Origin: the human T2T-CHM13v2.0 reference genome, Homo sapiens
Reading direction: 5' to 3' (one strand)
Length of the DNA: 64,000 nucleotides
Assembly (NCBI RefSeq): GCF_009914755.1
Contig: NC_060931.1
The position numbers and the translations under genes were made by a program. Under the pieces are notes generated by a model, which saw only the letters and a program-made list of their open reading frames with translations, made no database searches and was not told the DNA's origin. This document shows positions 63,706 through 64,000 of the stretch, piece after piece. The first letter of the stretch is position 1. Each line of letters opens with the position of its first letter.

Positions 63706-64000
63706 CTCCTCCAACTCCTCTGGGGAAACCCAAGCCCTGCAGCTCATGGAACAGAAGAAGTGGAACCGTCGTTTCTGGAACAGGACTATCTGAGAGCGGT
63801 TCTTCCTGGCCCTCGAGTTCATGGAACGGTATAACTGGAACCGACGCTTACGGAGCAAGGGTATGCGAGAGCGGTTCTTCCTGGCCCTCGGGTTCGTGGA
63901 ACGGTATAACTGGAACCGACGCTTACGGAGCAAGGGTATGCGAGAGCGGTTCTTCCTGGCCCTCGGGTTCATGGAATGGCCTAACTGGAACCAACGCTTA
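63706..64000 (-). CDS. SPDYE6: Speedy/RINGO-E internal coding exon (cut by window end) with 75-bp coding repeats
   Basis: ...[25 protein letters not shown] repeats...[20 protein letters not shown]|GTGAG; phase 0 join to the next exon. Confidence 0.88.

Overview
Human (primate) genomic DNA, Alu-dense, recognisable as 7q22.1. Bases ~1-37,100 hold the complete SH2B2 (APS) adaptor gene on the + strand. It has two alternative first exons and eight coding exons that splice to exactly 1,899 nt (632 aa; 675 aa from the distal first exon), one GC-AG intron, and intronic MIR4285. From ~42 kb the window enters a chromosome-7 segmental-duplication mosaic: a frameshifted STAG3-like fragment (- strand, exons 2-4), a promoterless PMS2 pseudogene fragment (+ strand, exons 3-5 plus LTR-derived and terminal exons), and the 3' end of a Speedy/RINGO-E gene (- strand, probably SPDYE6). 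I found no CRISPR array or wholly new gene family. The most unusual signals are: stacked uORFs ending in an ATGA stop/start overlap at the SH2B2 start codon; an inverted 103-bp templated insertion at the junction where the PMS2P/STAG3L promoter is missing; a phase-compatible SH2B2->PMS2P read-through route; and a 37-bp minisatellite carrying the PRDM9 13-mer in every unit. Repeat boundaries are approximate and family names come from recognition, not from a database search.
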